Origin: an uncultured Chryseobacterium sp.
Lineage (GTDB): Bacteria; Bacteroidota; Bacteroidia; Palsa-965
Assembly: GCA_966211705.1 (NCBI GenBank)
Contig: CBIHOC010000010.1
Coordinates: 8,339 to 72,338, forward strand
Direction of reading: 5' to 3'
Length of the DNA: 64,000 bases
Made by a program: the position numbers and the translations under genes. How positions within the stretch are numbered: the stretch's first letter is position 1; every line of letters starts with the position of its first letter. A model generated the notes under the pieces. It was not told the origin of the DNA. It was given only the letters and a program-made list of their open reading frames with translations, and did no database searches. Positions 28,746 through 39,261 of this stretch are shown here, in pieces.

Positions 28746-31700
28746 ATGGCCGAATCACTAACCATATCGCGACAGCCCCAGGCCATTCCGAGCATGAACT
28801 ATCCGTTCCTGCGCGAAAAGGGGATCAACCGCCTGCAGGAACTGTCCGGGAATGTCTGGAACGATTTCAACATTCACGACCCCGGAGTCACGCTTCTCGA
28901 AGCGCTGGCCTATGCCATTACCGATCTCGGTTACCGCTCCAGCTACAAGATCCAGGACATTCTCGCCAACGATCCGAGCAGCAGCGCCGACATCCGGAAT
29001 TTTTTCAGCGCCTACCAGATCCTCACCAACCGCGCGCTGACGCCTGACGATTACCGGAAGCTGCTCATCGACGTACAGGTCACCGATCCCGTGACAGGGG
29101 CGAAAGCCGGCGTAAAAAACGCGTGGCTGATGAAAGCGCTTGAATCGGAGATCCCGTTCTACGTGCATGGAACAAAAAACACGCTCGACTACGTTCCCGA
29201 TCCGCTCGTTCCACCCGTGCAGGATCCCGTGAGGCTGAAAGGCCTGTACAACGTGCTGCTGGAATTCGACGAGAACGACCAGTACGGCGACATGAACGAG
29301 AATTATCTCGTCGGTGAGATGAAGATCGGCGCGCCGTCGGCATTCCCGGACTGCGCAGTTCCGCCCGATGCAGGGATGCTGTATAAAGACGTGGTGATCA
29401 CCGTGGGCTTCCCGCACTGGGACGACGCGCGCGTGGTGAACTGGGACGATCCGAACGACATCCGTCAATACATCGGCGAGCAGGTGAAGCTGGAATTTAT
29501 CGGGCTTCCCGACAGCTACATCATCGACTACGTTGTAAATCCCAATGACGGCAGCGTGATGCTGGCCGGCGGTATCGACACGGACTACGACGGCACTGTA
29601 GATGCGCCTTTCAACCCGGTCACGAGCCTTGCCTGCCTGCAGGACCAGGTCAACGATTTTATTTTCAACGCCACGACCGGCCTGATCGCGGAATACCAGG
29701 AAAAGGTCAAGCTCATTTTCCGCCTGCTTTGCGAAGTTCGCCGCACGCTGATGGCGAACCGCAACCTCTGTGAAGATTTCCTGAAGCTGAACGCGGTGAA
29801 AGTGGAAGAGATCGCGATGTGCGGCGATATCGAGCTGGAAAACGACGCCGACGTCGAAACCGTCATGGCGGATATCTATCACCGCATCGGCGAGTTCCTC
29901 TCCCCTACCGTATTCTTCCACACGATCGAAGAGATGATGGCGAAAGGAAGATCGGTGGAGGAAATTTTCGAAGGCCCGCGCCTGAAACACGGGTTCATCG
30001 ACAACGACGAGCTGAAGAAAGCCGGCTTCCGGGAATCCATCCACGTTTCCGATTTCTACCAGATCATTATGGACGTGCCGGGTGTGATCGCGGTGAAAAA
30101 TCTGCAGATCGCCAATTTCCCGGAGCAGACCACCGAGAATATCCCGACCGTCAGCGTAAAATGGTGCCTCGGACTGGCATTCGACAAAAATTTTGTTCCC
30201 CGTCTCAGCGTCGGGCGGTCCAGCATTACGTTCTTCAAAGGACTGCTGCCTTTCCAGGCGAAAGCAGACGAAGTGCTCGAACGCCTGAAAGCGTTGCGCG
30301 CGCTGGATCCGTTGCAGCGCCTGGAAAATCCCGTGCTCGATCTTCCTGTTCCGCAGGGAGAGTTCAGGGACATCGACGATTACGTCAGCGTGCAGGAAGA
30401 ATTCCCGCTCGTGTACGGCATCGGTTCCGAAGGCTTGCCCAACAGCGCGACCGATCTGCGGAAGGCACAGGCGCACCAGCTCAAAGGATTTCTCATGTTC
30501 TTCGACCAGCTGCTGGGCGATTATCTCTCGCAGCTCTCGCATATCAAAGACCTTTTCTCGCTGAACGACGCGCTGGACAACGACGGGAATTTCGTGATCG
30601 ACCGCACCTACTTCACGCGGAGCCTGCTCAACATCGTTCCGAACGCGGCGGACCTTTACATCAATTCGCCCGCGGTCCATGACGCCAACCTGCTGGCGAT
30701 TACCGAAAGCCCCGAACTGTTCGAAAACCGGAGAAACCGTTTCCTCGATCACATGCTCGCGCGTTTTGCGGAATCCTTCACCGATTACGCGCTGCTGGCA
30801 TACAAGCTCGACGGCCCCAAAGCCCCGGAAGAGCTGATCGAAGACAAGCTCGATTTCCTCAACGCTTACCCGGAGCTGAGCTACCACCGCGCGGGCGCTT
30901 TCGACTACAAAGACACCTGCGAGATCTGGAGCATCGACAACGTATCGGGCGTGGAGAAAAGAGTTTCGCTGCTCACGGGCATCGACCCGGTGAAACCGTC
31001 GGACCTCGCGCTTCCTGTTTACGTCGACATTATCGACACTGCCGGCGGCGCCCCGTTTTCCTATAAGCTGAAAGACTTGTCGCTCACGGTGATCATGGAT
31101 TCGGTCAACACGTACGCGACGATCGACGAAGTGTTCCTGGCGGTTGAGCAGTTGCTGCTTACCGGCTTGTTCACCGAAAATTATTTCATCTACGACGTCA
31201 GTAATTTAAACACGCCGATCGATCCGGCCAATCCGCCCGCGGGCCCGTTCATCGTCAAACTGCGCTGCCTCGAAACGGCTATCGCGATCACCACGCCCCC
31301 GGCGAATTTCCTGACGGTGGGCGCAGCGCAGACCGCCATCGCCGATGCGGCAGCCGCGTGCATGAACGAATACCAGCGTGTTCCGCCGACCAACCGGAAA
31401 GACCTCGATTGCGCGCTCGAAGACAACGTCGACATCGACGTGGTCATTATCGAGCCGACAGACGAGTGCCCGAGAAAAGCGGAGATCACGTACACGATCC
31501 TCAACGATCTCGACCAGCCGCTTTTCACTTACGTGGCGACGGTCGGTTCGAAAACCGGCGAATCTGCCGCGGATTTTGCGATCCGTGTTGACGAAGAGAA
31601 ACACGATATTTTCCTCGAGTTCCTCCTGAGGGCTGCGAACCGCAACGTCTACCGTTTCGAGGATGACGGCGGCAATTATATTTTCGCCGCCACGGACACC

Positions 31701-33296
31701 TGCCAGCAAACGATCGCGAAAAGCGAGGAAGTCGATTTCAACTTCCATCTCGCAGCAAGGATCGGCACAGGCCCTGTCGACGTGTATGATGCGAACGGCA
31801 GCTTCGCGGGGAATTTCCCGGTGGCGTCGTCCGCAAGCAACGAAGACAAGATCGAGATCACGTTAACAGGCGCGACACTGACTCCTGCCATTGCCGGAGG
31901 AAAGATCACGAAAGACTTCACCGCGTCGATCCTTGCCGGCGACTTCGATCCTGTCCGCAAGCGTTTCATCGTCAACGAAGATCTTCGCGGATGTGTAAAA
32001 ACCGGCGACGTGCTCCCGGTGATCATCGACCTGGCGCTGCCTCCTGTCCTGCTCACCGTAACGGGCACACGGATCATCGACTTTACGCCTTCAGCGTACA
32101 GGACAGAAATTACGGTCAAAGAAAACTTCACCGTAACGCTTACGTCGACGGCAACGTTCACGTACACGGTGAGCCTGCCGATCATTGCCCTCGACAATCC
32201 GCCGCTCTCGCCCCCTCCTCCATCTGACCTTGTGCTGAAAGGCGGCGTGGAAGAGATCGCGCTGGACGAATTCCTCGCGTACATCACGCTGAAGTTCCTG
32301 GGCCGCGAAGGTTTCCACCTCGTGGAGCACATCCTGCTCCGGCCGACGACAAAGCTGAAGCGATGGGAGCCGGCCACGAACACGACGCTGACCGAAGGCC
32401 TCACGCAGCAGGGCGACATCTACTTCCTGAAAACCGTCAACATCGTCGCGGTGGATATTCCGAACCGCATTTTCACGGTCACAGGGGATGTTACGACGGA
32501 GCTCCTGCCTTTCCAGAATATCGTGCTGAACGGCTCGAACCTCGGGCTCAACGACAGGTCGTATGTCGTGCAATCGGTAACGCCGAACGGGACGGACACG
32601 GACATAAAAGTCACCACAGCCATCACCGACAACACGATGCCCTTCGGTGATATTACGTTCACGAAAAAATCGGCGGTCGGCGCCGTTGTCGCGGCGACCA
32701 TCACGATCAGCATTCCCGGCGACGACCTGTCCGGCGAGCTGGATCCCGGCGACGTGATCATCCTCAAAGGTTCGCAGAACGGGGCCAACGATACGCGCTA
32801 TACCGTGCTTTCCGTAACGTACGACCCGATCACCGACATCACCGACATCACGATCGACGAGGTGGAGGTCGAATACAAAGACGACTTCCTGCCGGTCAAC
32901 GTGGATGACAACTGTGAAGATTGCCGTTACCATGATCCGTATTCGTTCATCGTCACGGTTATTCTCCCGCACTGGCGCGGGCGCTTTTCCAACTTCGCGT
33001 TCCGCAAATTCTTCGAGCGTACGCTGCGTCTCGAAACACCGGCCCACGTGGTGGTGAACATTTGCTGGATCAATTGCGAGCAGATGAAAGCGTTCGAATC
33101 GCGTTACAAGCTCTGGCTGTACCTGCGTGCCAAAAAGGAAAAAGATCCCATCGCTATTTCAAACGCGCTCAACGACGTTATCGATATCCTCGGCAAGCTT
33201 CGCACGGTTTACAACAAAGGCACGCTGCACGACTGCGAATTCGAAGATGTGCGCAACTCGATCATTCTCAACCAGACTCAATTAGGAACCAGCTAG
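28746..33296 (+). CDS. Large eCIS baseplate-associated protein (Afp12-like candidate), 1516 aa.
   Basis: Long ORF with protein-like composition in the structural operon. The antisense 709-aa ORF is Arg-rich and judged spurious. Confidence 0.6.
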   Translation: MAESLTISRQPQAIPSMNYPFLREKGINRLQELSGNVWNDFNIHDPGVTLLEALAYAITDLGYRSSYKIQDILANDPSSSADIRNFFSAYQILTNRALTPDDYRKLLIDVQVTDPVTGAKAGVKNAWLMKALESEIPFYVHGTKNTLDYVPDPLVPPVQDPVRLKGLYNVLLEFDENDQYGDMNENYLVGEMKIGAPSAFPDCAVPPDAGMLYKDVVITVGFPHWDDARVVNWDDPNDIRQYIGEQVKLEFIGLPDSYIIDYVVNPNDGSVMLAGGIDTDYDGTVDAPFNPVTSLACLQDQVNDFIFNATTGLIAEYQEKVKLIFRLLCEVRRTLMANRNLCEDFLKLNAVKVEEIAMCGDIELENDADVETVMADIYHRIGEFLSPTVFFHTIEEMMAKGRSVEEIFEGPRLKHGFIDNDELKKAGFRESIHVSDFYQIIMDVPGVIAVKNLQIANFPEQTTENIPTVSVKWCLGLAFDKNFVPRLSVGRSSITFFKGLLPFQAKADEVLERLKALRALDPLQRLENPVLDLPVPQGEFRDIDDYVSVQEEFPLVYGIGSEGLPNSATDLRKAQAHQLKGFLMFFDQLLGDYLSQLSHIKDLFSLNDALDNDGNFVIDRTYFTRSLLNIVPNAADLYINSPAVHDANLLAITESPELFENRRNRFLDHMLARFAESFTDYALLAYKLDGPKAPEELIEDKLDFLNAYPELSYHRAGAFDYKDTCEIWSIDNVSGVEKRVSLLTGIDPVKPSDLALPVYVDIIDTAGGAPFSYKLKDLSLTVIMDSVNTYATIDEVFLAVEQLLLTGLFTENYFIYDVSNLNTPIDPANPPAGPFIVKLRCLETAIAITTPPANFLTVGAAQTAIADAAAACMNEYQRVPPTNRKDLDCALEDNVDIDVVIIEPTDECPRKAEITYTILNDLDQPLFTYVATVGSKTGESAADFAIRVDEEKHDIFLEFLLRAANRNVYRFEDDGGNYIFAATDTCQQTIAKSEEVDFNFHLAARIGTGPVDVYDANGSFAGNFPVASSASNEDKIEITLTGATLTPAIAGGKITKDFTASILAGDFDPVRKRFIVNEDLRGCVKTGDVLPVIIDLALPPVLLTVTGTRIIDFTPSAYRTEITVKENFTVTLTSTATFTYTVSLPIIALDNPPLSPPPPSDLVLKGGVEEIALDEFLAYITLKFLGREGFHLVEHILLRPTTKLKRWEPATNTTLTEGLTQQGDIYFLKTVNIVAVDIPNRIFTVTGDVTTELLPFQNIVLNGSNLGLNDRSYVVQSVTPNGTDTDIKVTTAITDNTMPFGDITFTKKSAVGAVVAATITISIPGDDLSGELDPGDVIILKGSQNGANDTRYTVLSVTYDPITDITDITIDEVEVEYKDDFLPVNVDDNCEDCRYHDPYSFIVTVILPHWRGRFSNFAFRKFFERTLRLETPAHVVVNICWINCEQMKAFESRYKLWLYLRAKKEKDPIAISNALNDVIDILGKLRTVYNKGTLHDCEFEDVRNSIILNQTQLGTS

Positions 33297-33320
33297 AACA
33301 TTATAAAAAAGAACCATATC

Positions 33321-36300
33321 ATGAGTACTTCTCACCCGATATTCCAGGACAACCAGGTTCTGACCAGCCAGCAACTTAACTTTTTGCGGGATTATCTTGA
33401 CGAGCAGGTTCGTCTTACCCGCGCCAAGCTGATCGGCATCGGCGTAACCAACGGGCTCCACGTGAGCTCCAACTACGACGCCGTAGCCGATACGCTCAGC
33501 GAAATATATATTTCCTGCGGCGCCGCCGTATCGTCGGAAGGTTACCTGATGACGCTCGGGCAATGCACGATCAACCGGTACAGGGATTATACGCTTCCGC
33601 TGGGCCAGGTGTACGAACCGTTCACCGGGAACGACGCGACCCTCGACATTACGCTGTACGAACTGCTGACCCCGACCGCCGCCACGTTGCCGTCGGATAC
33701 GGTTACATTGCTCAGCGACAACCCGGGGAGCTTCTACAACGACATGGTCGTACTGCTCTTTGTTGAGTTCTTCGACATGGAAAAGGATTCCTGCCTCGGC
33801 GGAAAATGCGAAGAGTTCGGCATCTCGCGCACGTACACGCTGCGCAAGCTGATGCTCAGCAAGGCCCACGCCAACATCGTCCTCAGCAGGGCGCCCGGGG
33901 TCCTGTTCGACCCGCTCTATCCCACGAAATACGGCCTTGACGACATCATCATGCGCCGCACGCTGTTCGACCCGGCCCTGCCGCACAGCAATAACTATAC
34001 GGACTTTTCGCTGAACTACGCGACGACGTTCAGGAGCGACATTTTCGTCGACATGATCCAGCTGCTCAAGGATACATACACGGTTTACAAACCACTGCTT
34101 GAGGAACATTACAACAGCAATAACCCGTTCAACGATCCCGACATTACTACGCTCGTAGGCACGTGGACCAACTTCCTGAACGGCTCCTCGACCGGCCCGG
34201 CTTATCTCGGCATCCAGTATTTCTACGACTTCGTCAAGGACCTGATCCTCGCGTACAATGAATTCTGCGGCGTGGCTTTCGAGCTGGCCTCGGAATGCTG
34301 CGTGAACATGACGCGTTTCCCGCGCCACGTGTTCATCGGTGAAGTGATCCCGACCGGCATCTGCGGACCGACGCCGTATCGCCAGGAATTCATTTACTCC
34401 GAGCTGCACGACAGCCAGAAGCTGCTCCTGGACGAAGCGGTCATGCTTCACAAGCGTATGGTGCTCCAGCTTCGCAGCTTCGACTTCGACCTCATCAACA
34501 ACCCGGTGGTGGCGAACCCGCTCATCCACATCACGCCCAGCTTCGAGAAGAAAGGCCGTCTCAGCGAACGCTCCGTTCCTTATTATTACGACCTCAACAA
34601 CAACTTCCCGTTCGTTTCCACCGCGCCGGTAACTACCGGGCAACTTTCGGCACACTGGCGCTATGAGCTGGCCCGCAAATGCAAAACGATCGGCGGGGTT
34701 ACGCAGATCCTTGCTTACGGCAACCAGGAGGTCAACCAGTTGGTCGACCAGGGACCGATCAAAACGCCGCTGCGCTACGACCTCGACCAGACCAATTTTT
34801 TCCGGATCGAAGGTCATCTCGGGAAGAGCTACGTGACTGTCAAACAAACCATCGAGGATAAAAAGCACCAGTTCGATCTCCCGTTCAATATCGTGGCGCT
34901 CCGCCTCCAGGGAGAAGCGTTCGACCAGATCGAAGAGCGCTGCAGCTTTGAAGACCTGCGGCTGGAGTATTCGACGACGCGGGCGAGCTTCATCTGCAGG
35001 ATTGACAATTATTGCCAGCGGATCGCGCAGCAGGCTTCGCCGGGACAATTCTGGTCGACACTCATCACGGACGCCAATGCCGTCACCGGCAGTTCGTCGG
35101 TTGCGTTCAATCCTCCCGCTTCCTTCAGCGGCGACCTGGGCGACGTGGGTATCGGCGGGGCCGGCAGCACGCAACGGCAGGCGGGCACCGGCAATCCTGC
35201 AGTGGTCATCGTCAACCGCGGTAAGCCGCTGGAGCTCCTTGCGCAGGATTTCTACGATACCGCCGACGACCTTTGCACGAAGCTCAACCTCGTGAAGGGC
35301 CTCCTGCCTTTCGATTTCAAAGCATTCAACTACGGCGCAGATATCGCGGCCATCGACGACAGCTTCATCAAATCGTGGATCGAAGCCGTCAACCTGGCGA
35401 TCGACGCGAAAGTCGCTTTTGCACGCGTGCTCGACTTTATCGCGCGCTCCCCGAAATCGCGTCCTTCGGCAGAAGTTTATTTTGCGCTTTCCCAGTACGC
35501 GGCGGAAGTGATCGATATGTATAACGAGATCATCCAGGACTGCACCTACAAGGAGTTCGAGATGCTTTATTATACCTATCGTTACCGGCTGAACTACCTG
35601 CAGCAGAACGATCCGCTGCTGTTCTCCAACTTCATCCGCAAGCACCCCGGCGTCGATCACAAAGCCGGCGTGGCGCCCGGCGGAACGTTCATCATCGTGT
35701 ACAACGGCGACAACGTTTCGATCAACATCCAGAACATCGAGCAGGCCATACTTTTCGCCGAGAACATCAACGATCTCGAATGCCAGCGCAACGTGCTGAT
35801 GGCAAAACCGATGCGTTCGAAGGAAGATAATCTCGTGCTGGCCAACATCAATTTCCAGCTCAACCAGTGTTTCGAGCTCGAGGCCAGCCTGACCTCCGAA
35901 GCCGTATTCCTCAATCCTTCGCCCACCATCCAGCAGATCCTCATCCAGGAAGATTGGGTTATCGCCGATTTCGCGCTGCCTTATCTCTGCTGCTGCGACT
36001 GCGATTGCGGCGATATCCCCGCTCCTGCCCTGGCCGACCTCGCGCTGCCCGAGCTCAACCCGGTGCTGGCGCCCGGCGTTACGGTGCCGCTGTTCGTACA
36101 GTACAACATGGGCGATTACGCATTCGCCAACCCGATCGATACTTCGATGGAAGGCTGCACGCTCAACGTGGTCCCGCTCAACATCGACGTCGAGAACCAC
36201 ATGCGTTACGATTCGACCGCCGGCGACAACTTCGTGCTGAAGTTCATCGTCAACGGCGAGCTCCGTACGCCGAAACCCTCCACCACTTCGCTCATCGATA

Positions 36301-36554
36301 CCATCTTCACCACGCAGGGCGGCAAGGCGGAGATCGTTTCGATCTCTTCGAACATCATGCGTTTCCGCTACACGCCGTACGTCGGCTTCGTCGGCGTCGA
36401 CCGCTGGCAGTTCATGTTCGAAGTCTACAGCGGTGAGACCAGGATGCTCGTCTCCACACCGGGCGAAGTTGCAGTACACGTAATGAACCAGTGTACCGTC
36501 GTTCCGCCGCTCGAATCAGGAGAGACCCTGCCGCCTGCGGAGCCGACGTTGTAA
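33321..36554 (+). CDS. Large eCIS-associated protein, 1077 aa. Last structural gene before the cargo array.
   Basis: Long ORF. The antisense 1065-aa ORF is Arg/His-rich and spurious. Contains a Cys-rich CCCDCDCGD segment. Confidence 0.6.
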   Translation: MSTSHPIFQDNQVLTSQQLNFLRDYLDEQVRLTRAKLIGIGVTNGLHVSSNYDAVADTLSEIYISCGAAVSSEGYLMTLGQCTINRYRDYTLPLGQVYEPFTGNDATLDITLYELLTPTAATLPSDTVTLLSDNPGSFYNDMVVLLFVEFFDMEKDSCLGGKCEEFGISRTYTLRKLMLSKAHANIVLSRAPGVLFDPLYPTKYGLDDIIMRRTLFDPALPHSNNYTDFSLNYATTFRSDIFVDMIQLLKDTYTVYKPLLEEHYNSNNPFNDPDITTLVGTWTNFLNGSSTGPAYLGIQYFYDFVKDLILAYNEFCGVAFELASECCVNMTRFPRHVFIGEVIPTGICGPTPYRQEFIYSELHDSQKLLLDEAVMLHKRMVLQLRSFDFDLINNPVVANPLIHITPSFEKKGRLSERSVPYYYDLNNNFPFVSTAPVTTGQLSAHWRYELARKCKTIGGVTQILAYGNQEVNQLVDQGPIKTPLRYDLDQTNFFRIEGHLGKSYVTVKQTIEDKKHQFDLPFNIVALRLQGEAFDQIEERCSFEDLRLEYSTTRASFICRIDNYCQRIAQQASPGQFWSTLITDANAVTGSSSVAFNPPASFSGDLGDVGIGGAGSTQRQAGTGNPAVVIVNRGKPLELLAQDFYDTADDLCTKLNLVKGLLPFDFKAFNYGADIAAIDDSFIKSWIEAVNLAIDAKVAFARVLDFIARSPKSRPSAEVYFALSQYAAEVIDMYNEIIQDCTYKEFEMLYYTYRYRLNYLQQNDPLLFSNFIRKHPGVDHKAGVAPGGTFIIVYNGDNVSINIQNIEQAILFAENINDLECQRNVLMAKPMRSKEDNLVLANINFQLNQCFELEASLTSEAVFLNPSPTIQQILIQEDWVIADFALPYLCCCDCDCGDIPAPALADLALPELNPVLAPGVTVPLFVQYNMGDYAFANPIDTSMEGCTLNVVPLNIDVENHMRYDSTAGDNFVLKFIVNGELRTPKPSTTSLIDTIFTTQGGKAEIVSISSNIMRFRYTPYVGFVGVDRWQFMFEVYSGETRMLVSTPGEVAVHVMNQCTVVPPLESGETLPPAEPTL

Positions 36555-36624
36555 AGAGTAACGACCGGGCGCAGTTTTGAGTTGACGATCGTGAACAGAT
36601 GAGTTTTGTTTAAACGGGATAGCC

Positions 36625-37445
36625 ATGTTCGCTGAACCGCAGCAGAAGAACGTATCGCAATTGCAATCCCCGCAGTCGCAATCGCCCCACATCCAGGCAA
36701 AGCTGGAAGTAGGCGCCAAAGACGACCCGCAGGAGAAAGAAGCAGATGCCGTCGCCGACTCGGTGATGCGCATGAGCGAAAGTTCCGGCGCTGCAGGCGA
36801 TGCAACCGGCGTAAAGGCGCAGCAGGAAAGCCCCATGGCCCGCCTGCTGCGCCGTCATCCCGACGCGCCACGCCCGCAAATCATCCACCGTTTGGCCGAC
36901 GCGCCGAAAGCCCAGCCTGTTCAACGCGCGCCCGCAGCAATACAAGGCCCCGCATCACCCGCCCTCCGCAAAAAAGAAGGCGAAGAAAACGCCATTGCGA
37001 AAGCGCCGGAGCATGGGGCAGTGCTGCGAATGCACGATGCAGACGAAGAAACGGTGCAGAAGAAAGAGGATGAGGAAAGTGTGATGAAGATGGACGATGA
37101 GGAAGGTCTGCAGAAGAAAGACGAAGAAGAGAGCGTGATGAAAATGGACGACGGCGGAAAAGGCGGCACCGCTCCGGCTGCTGTCGAGCAAGGCATTCAG
37201 TCCGGCAAAGGCCAGGGAAACCCGCTCCCTGAAAATGTACAGCAGGACATCGGCGGAAAGATGGGCGCGGATTTGAGTGATGTGCGTGTGCATACGGGAA
37301 GCAACGCGCATGAGATGTCCACCGCGATCAACGCGAAAGCGTTCACGCACGGGCAGGATGTGTATTTCAAGAACGGAAATTATGATACCTCGAGCAGTTC
37401 GGGGAAGAAGTTATTGACGCACGAGCTGACGCATACGCAGCAGCA
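36625..37445 (+). repeat. About 820-bp segment duplicated at about 97% identity at 42313-43133. Covers the shared N-terminal part of toxin genes 3 and 4.
   Basis: Direct comparison of the two nucleotide stretches shows only scattered substitutions from the ATG through the HExxH motif. Confidence 0.8.
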
Positions 37446-39261
37446 GAAGGCGCCCGGCGTGCAAAGGAAGGTGCAGCGGGGGTTCTGGGGGGATGTCTGG
37501 GAAGGTGTTAAATCGGTCGGAAACTTTGTATACGAAAATACCGGCCTCAAGACGATCGTCGAAACCGGCAAAGACATTTATCACTGGGCCGTTGATTCCC
37601 CCGAAGAGTTCCAGGCCTACATGCAGGGGAAGCTCAAAGATAAGATCGACGAGATCAGGGCCCAGAAAGAGCCGACCGTGATGTTTACCGCCAAATACTG
37701 GGCAATGAAAACCATTGCCATCGCGATGAATCCGCTGTCGATCTTCGCGATGCCTTCCACGCAGGCCATCTGGGATATTTTCCGGCAGGCCAAGCTGGGT
37801 TATTATGAGCACCTCTACAACCTGGGCAACGAATACGTCCTTAAGAAGAATGAAGACACCGGTAAAATGGAGCGCGTGAAAAACGAAAGCTTCAAAAAGG
37901 GTGGATATGCCGAGGTGTTCTCGAACCAGATGCGCAACATGCTCGATCCCCGCTTTATGCTGGGCGAAGTGGTCGGCATCTTTAAAGGCATCGGCGGCTG
38001 GTTCGTCGACCTGTGGGAGATGATCAAATGGTTCGGTGAAATGATCTGGGGCGGCATCAAAGGCACCTGGAACCTGCTTGTCAATTTTGAGCCGCCTGCA
38101 TTTATGACACAAGCTGCCGATCTCGCAACATCAGCCGGTGCCTGGTTCAAAGAGAACGGGAAAGCAATCATGGAAGAGCTCGGCATGCTGCTCCAGAATC
38201 CCACCAAGCTCAAGGAGGTCCTCGCTGACCTGAGAGCTGCGATCAAAACCGGCGCAGAGGGCCTCGCGTACGGAGCCGGCCAGGGCATGGCCGCGCTGCA
38301 GGTGAAGATCATGAGCATGAGCGCTTACGACCAGGGCGAGATGGTGGGCAAAGCCATCGGCTACCTCATCCCCGAGATCATCATCGCCGTGTTTAGCGGC
38401 ACCATCGTGAACTGGATCAAAGGCGGCGTGAAAGCGCTGCAGGTTTTCGGCTCGGCGCTCAAAGGCCTCAAAGCCATCAAGGCGCTCATGAACGGCGCGC
38501 GCGGCGTGATGAATGCTTTTGAGAAAATGGGCCGCCTGTTCAAGGCCCTTGGCAGCAAGATCGGCGGCGCACTCGGCAAGGCGTTCGACAATGTGATGGA
38601 TTTCTTCAAAGGGATTTTGAAATGGGGAGATGAGGCGCCGGCAGGTGCGGTGGATGATGTGCATGCGCCGCATGACCGGACGCCGGACGGGCCGGATGGG
38701 CCGAGGAATGATGGGCCGGATGGGCCGAAGAATAAGCCCGACGCCGACAACGCTATGCGGAATTTAGCGTACGGAGAGATGGTAGCGGAAGTGATACAGA
38801 GTAATGCAGCGGATGAACCGATCGCGAAGTTCAAGAGCGATATTTATAAAATAAAACGTCATTTCCCGATCGTTAAGGCATTCAAGTTTGTTCCGGATGG
38901 AGCTGGAGGATTATACGTTTATATGAAAGCTAGCCCATGGCGACTTGGAGGGCATAAGAAGGCACCCAAATATTCTCCCACTTCAAAACACCAAAAAGGA
39001 GGATGGGGAACTGAAATGGATCTAGACGACATAACAGCTCAACATGTGTTAGACAACTCAACGGTACTCGGAAAACAGAGCTATGGCTATCATAATGGAA
39101 AAATATATGAATTCCAATATGATAATGTCGGCGGATGGCATGGGTATCCTATACCGTCAATTCAACTTATTTCAAAATCAGGAGGCACGAAAATTTTGAG
39201 GCAGTGGTTAAAAGATGGTATCTTGTCAAAACCTGATTATAATAAGTTAATTGGTGGGTGA
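36625..39261 (+). CDS. DUF4157 N-terminal domain eCIS cargo toxin, 878 aa, with the conserved hydrophobic junction segment and an AT-rich variable C-terminal toxin domain.
   Basis: Contains HExxH (LLTHELTHTQQQ). N-terminal ~270 aa are near-identical to those of 42313-45096. Has the junction motif GYLIPEIIIAVFSGTIVNWIKGG. GC content drops sharply at about 38760. Confidence 0.75.
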   Translation: MFAEPQQKNVSQLQSPQSQSPHIQAKLEVGAKDDPQEKEADAVADSVMRMSESSGAAGDATGVKAQQESPMARLLRRHPDAPRPQIIHRLADAPKAQPVQRAPAAIQGPASPALRKKEGEENAIAKAPEHGAVLRMHDADEETVQKKEDEESVMKMDDEEGLQKKDEEESVMKMDDGGKGGTAPAAVEQGIQSGKGQGNPLPENVQQDIGGKMGADLSDVRVHTGSNAHEMSTAINAKAFTHGQDVYFKNGNYDTSSSSGKKLLTHELTHTQQQKAPGVQRKVQRGFWGDVWEGVKSVGNFVYENTGLKTIVETGKDIYHWAVDSPEEFQAYMQGKLKDKIDEIRAQKEPTVMFTAKYWAMKTIAIAMNPLSIFAMPSTQAIWDIFRQAKLGYYEHLYNLGNEYVLKKNEDTGKMERVKNESFKKGGYAEVFSNQMRNMLDPRFMLGEVVGIFKGIGGWFVDLWEMIKWFGEMIWGGIKGTWNLLVNFEPPAFMTQAADLATSAGAWFKENGKAIMEELGMLLQNPTKLKEVLADLRAAIKTGAEGLAYGAGQGMAALQVKIMSMSAYDQGEMVGKAIGYLIPEIIIAVFSGTIVNWIKGGVKALQVFGSALKGLKAIKALMNGARGVMNAFEKMGRLFKALGSKIGGALGKAFDNVMDFFKGILKWGDEAPAGAVDDVHAPHDRTPDGPDGPRNDGPDGPKNKPDADNAMRNLAYGEMVAEVIQSNAADEPIAKFKSDIYKIKRHFPIVKAFKFVPDGAGGLYVYMKASPWRLGGHKKAPKYSPTSKHQKGGWGTEMDLDDITAQHVLDNSTVLGKQSYGYHNGKIYEFQYDNVGGWHGYPIPSIQLISKSGGTKILRQWLKDGILSKPDYNKLIGG

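Noticed and set aside
28758-30887. 709-aa ORF antisense to the large baseplate gene.
   Set aside because: Arg/Val/His-rich composition typical of the antisense frame of GC-rich coding DNA. The sense frame is operon-consistent and protein-like.
33282-36479. 1065-aa antisense ORF covering the 33321-36554 gene.
   Set aside because: Same reasoning: low-complexity R/H/D-rich translation, no start context, opposite to operon direction.
37411-38673. Antisense ORFs (233 aa, 180 aa, 157 aa) inside toxin gene 3, and the equivalent 39969-40322 inside the orphan cassette.
   Set aside because: Their translations are duplicated simply because the underlying sense-strand sequence is duplicated. Compositionally antisense.
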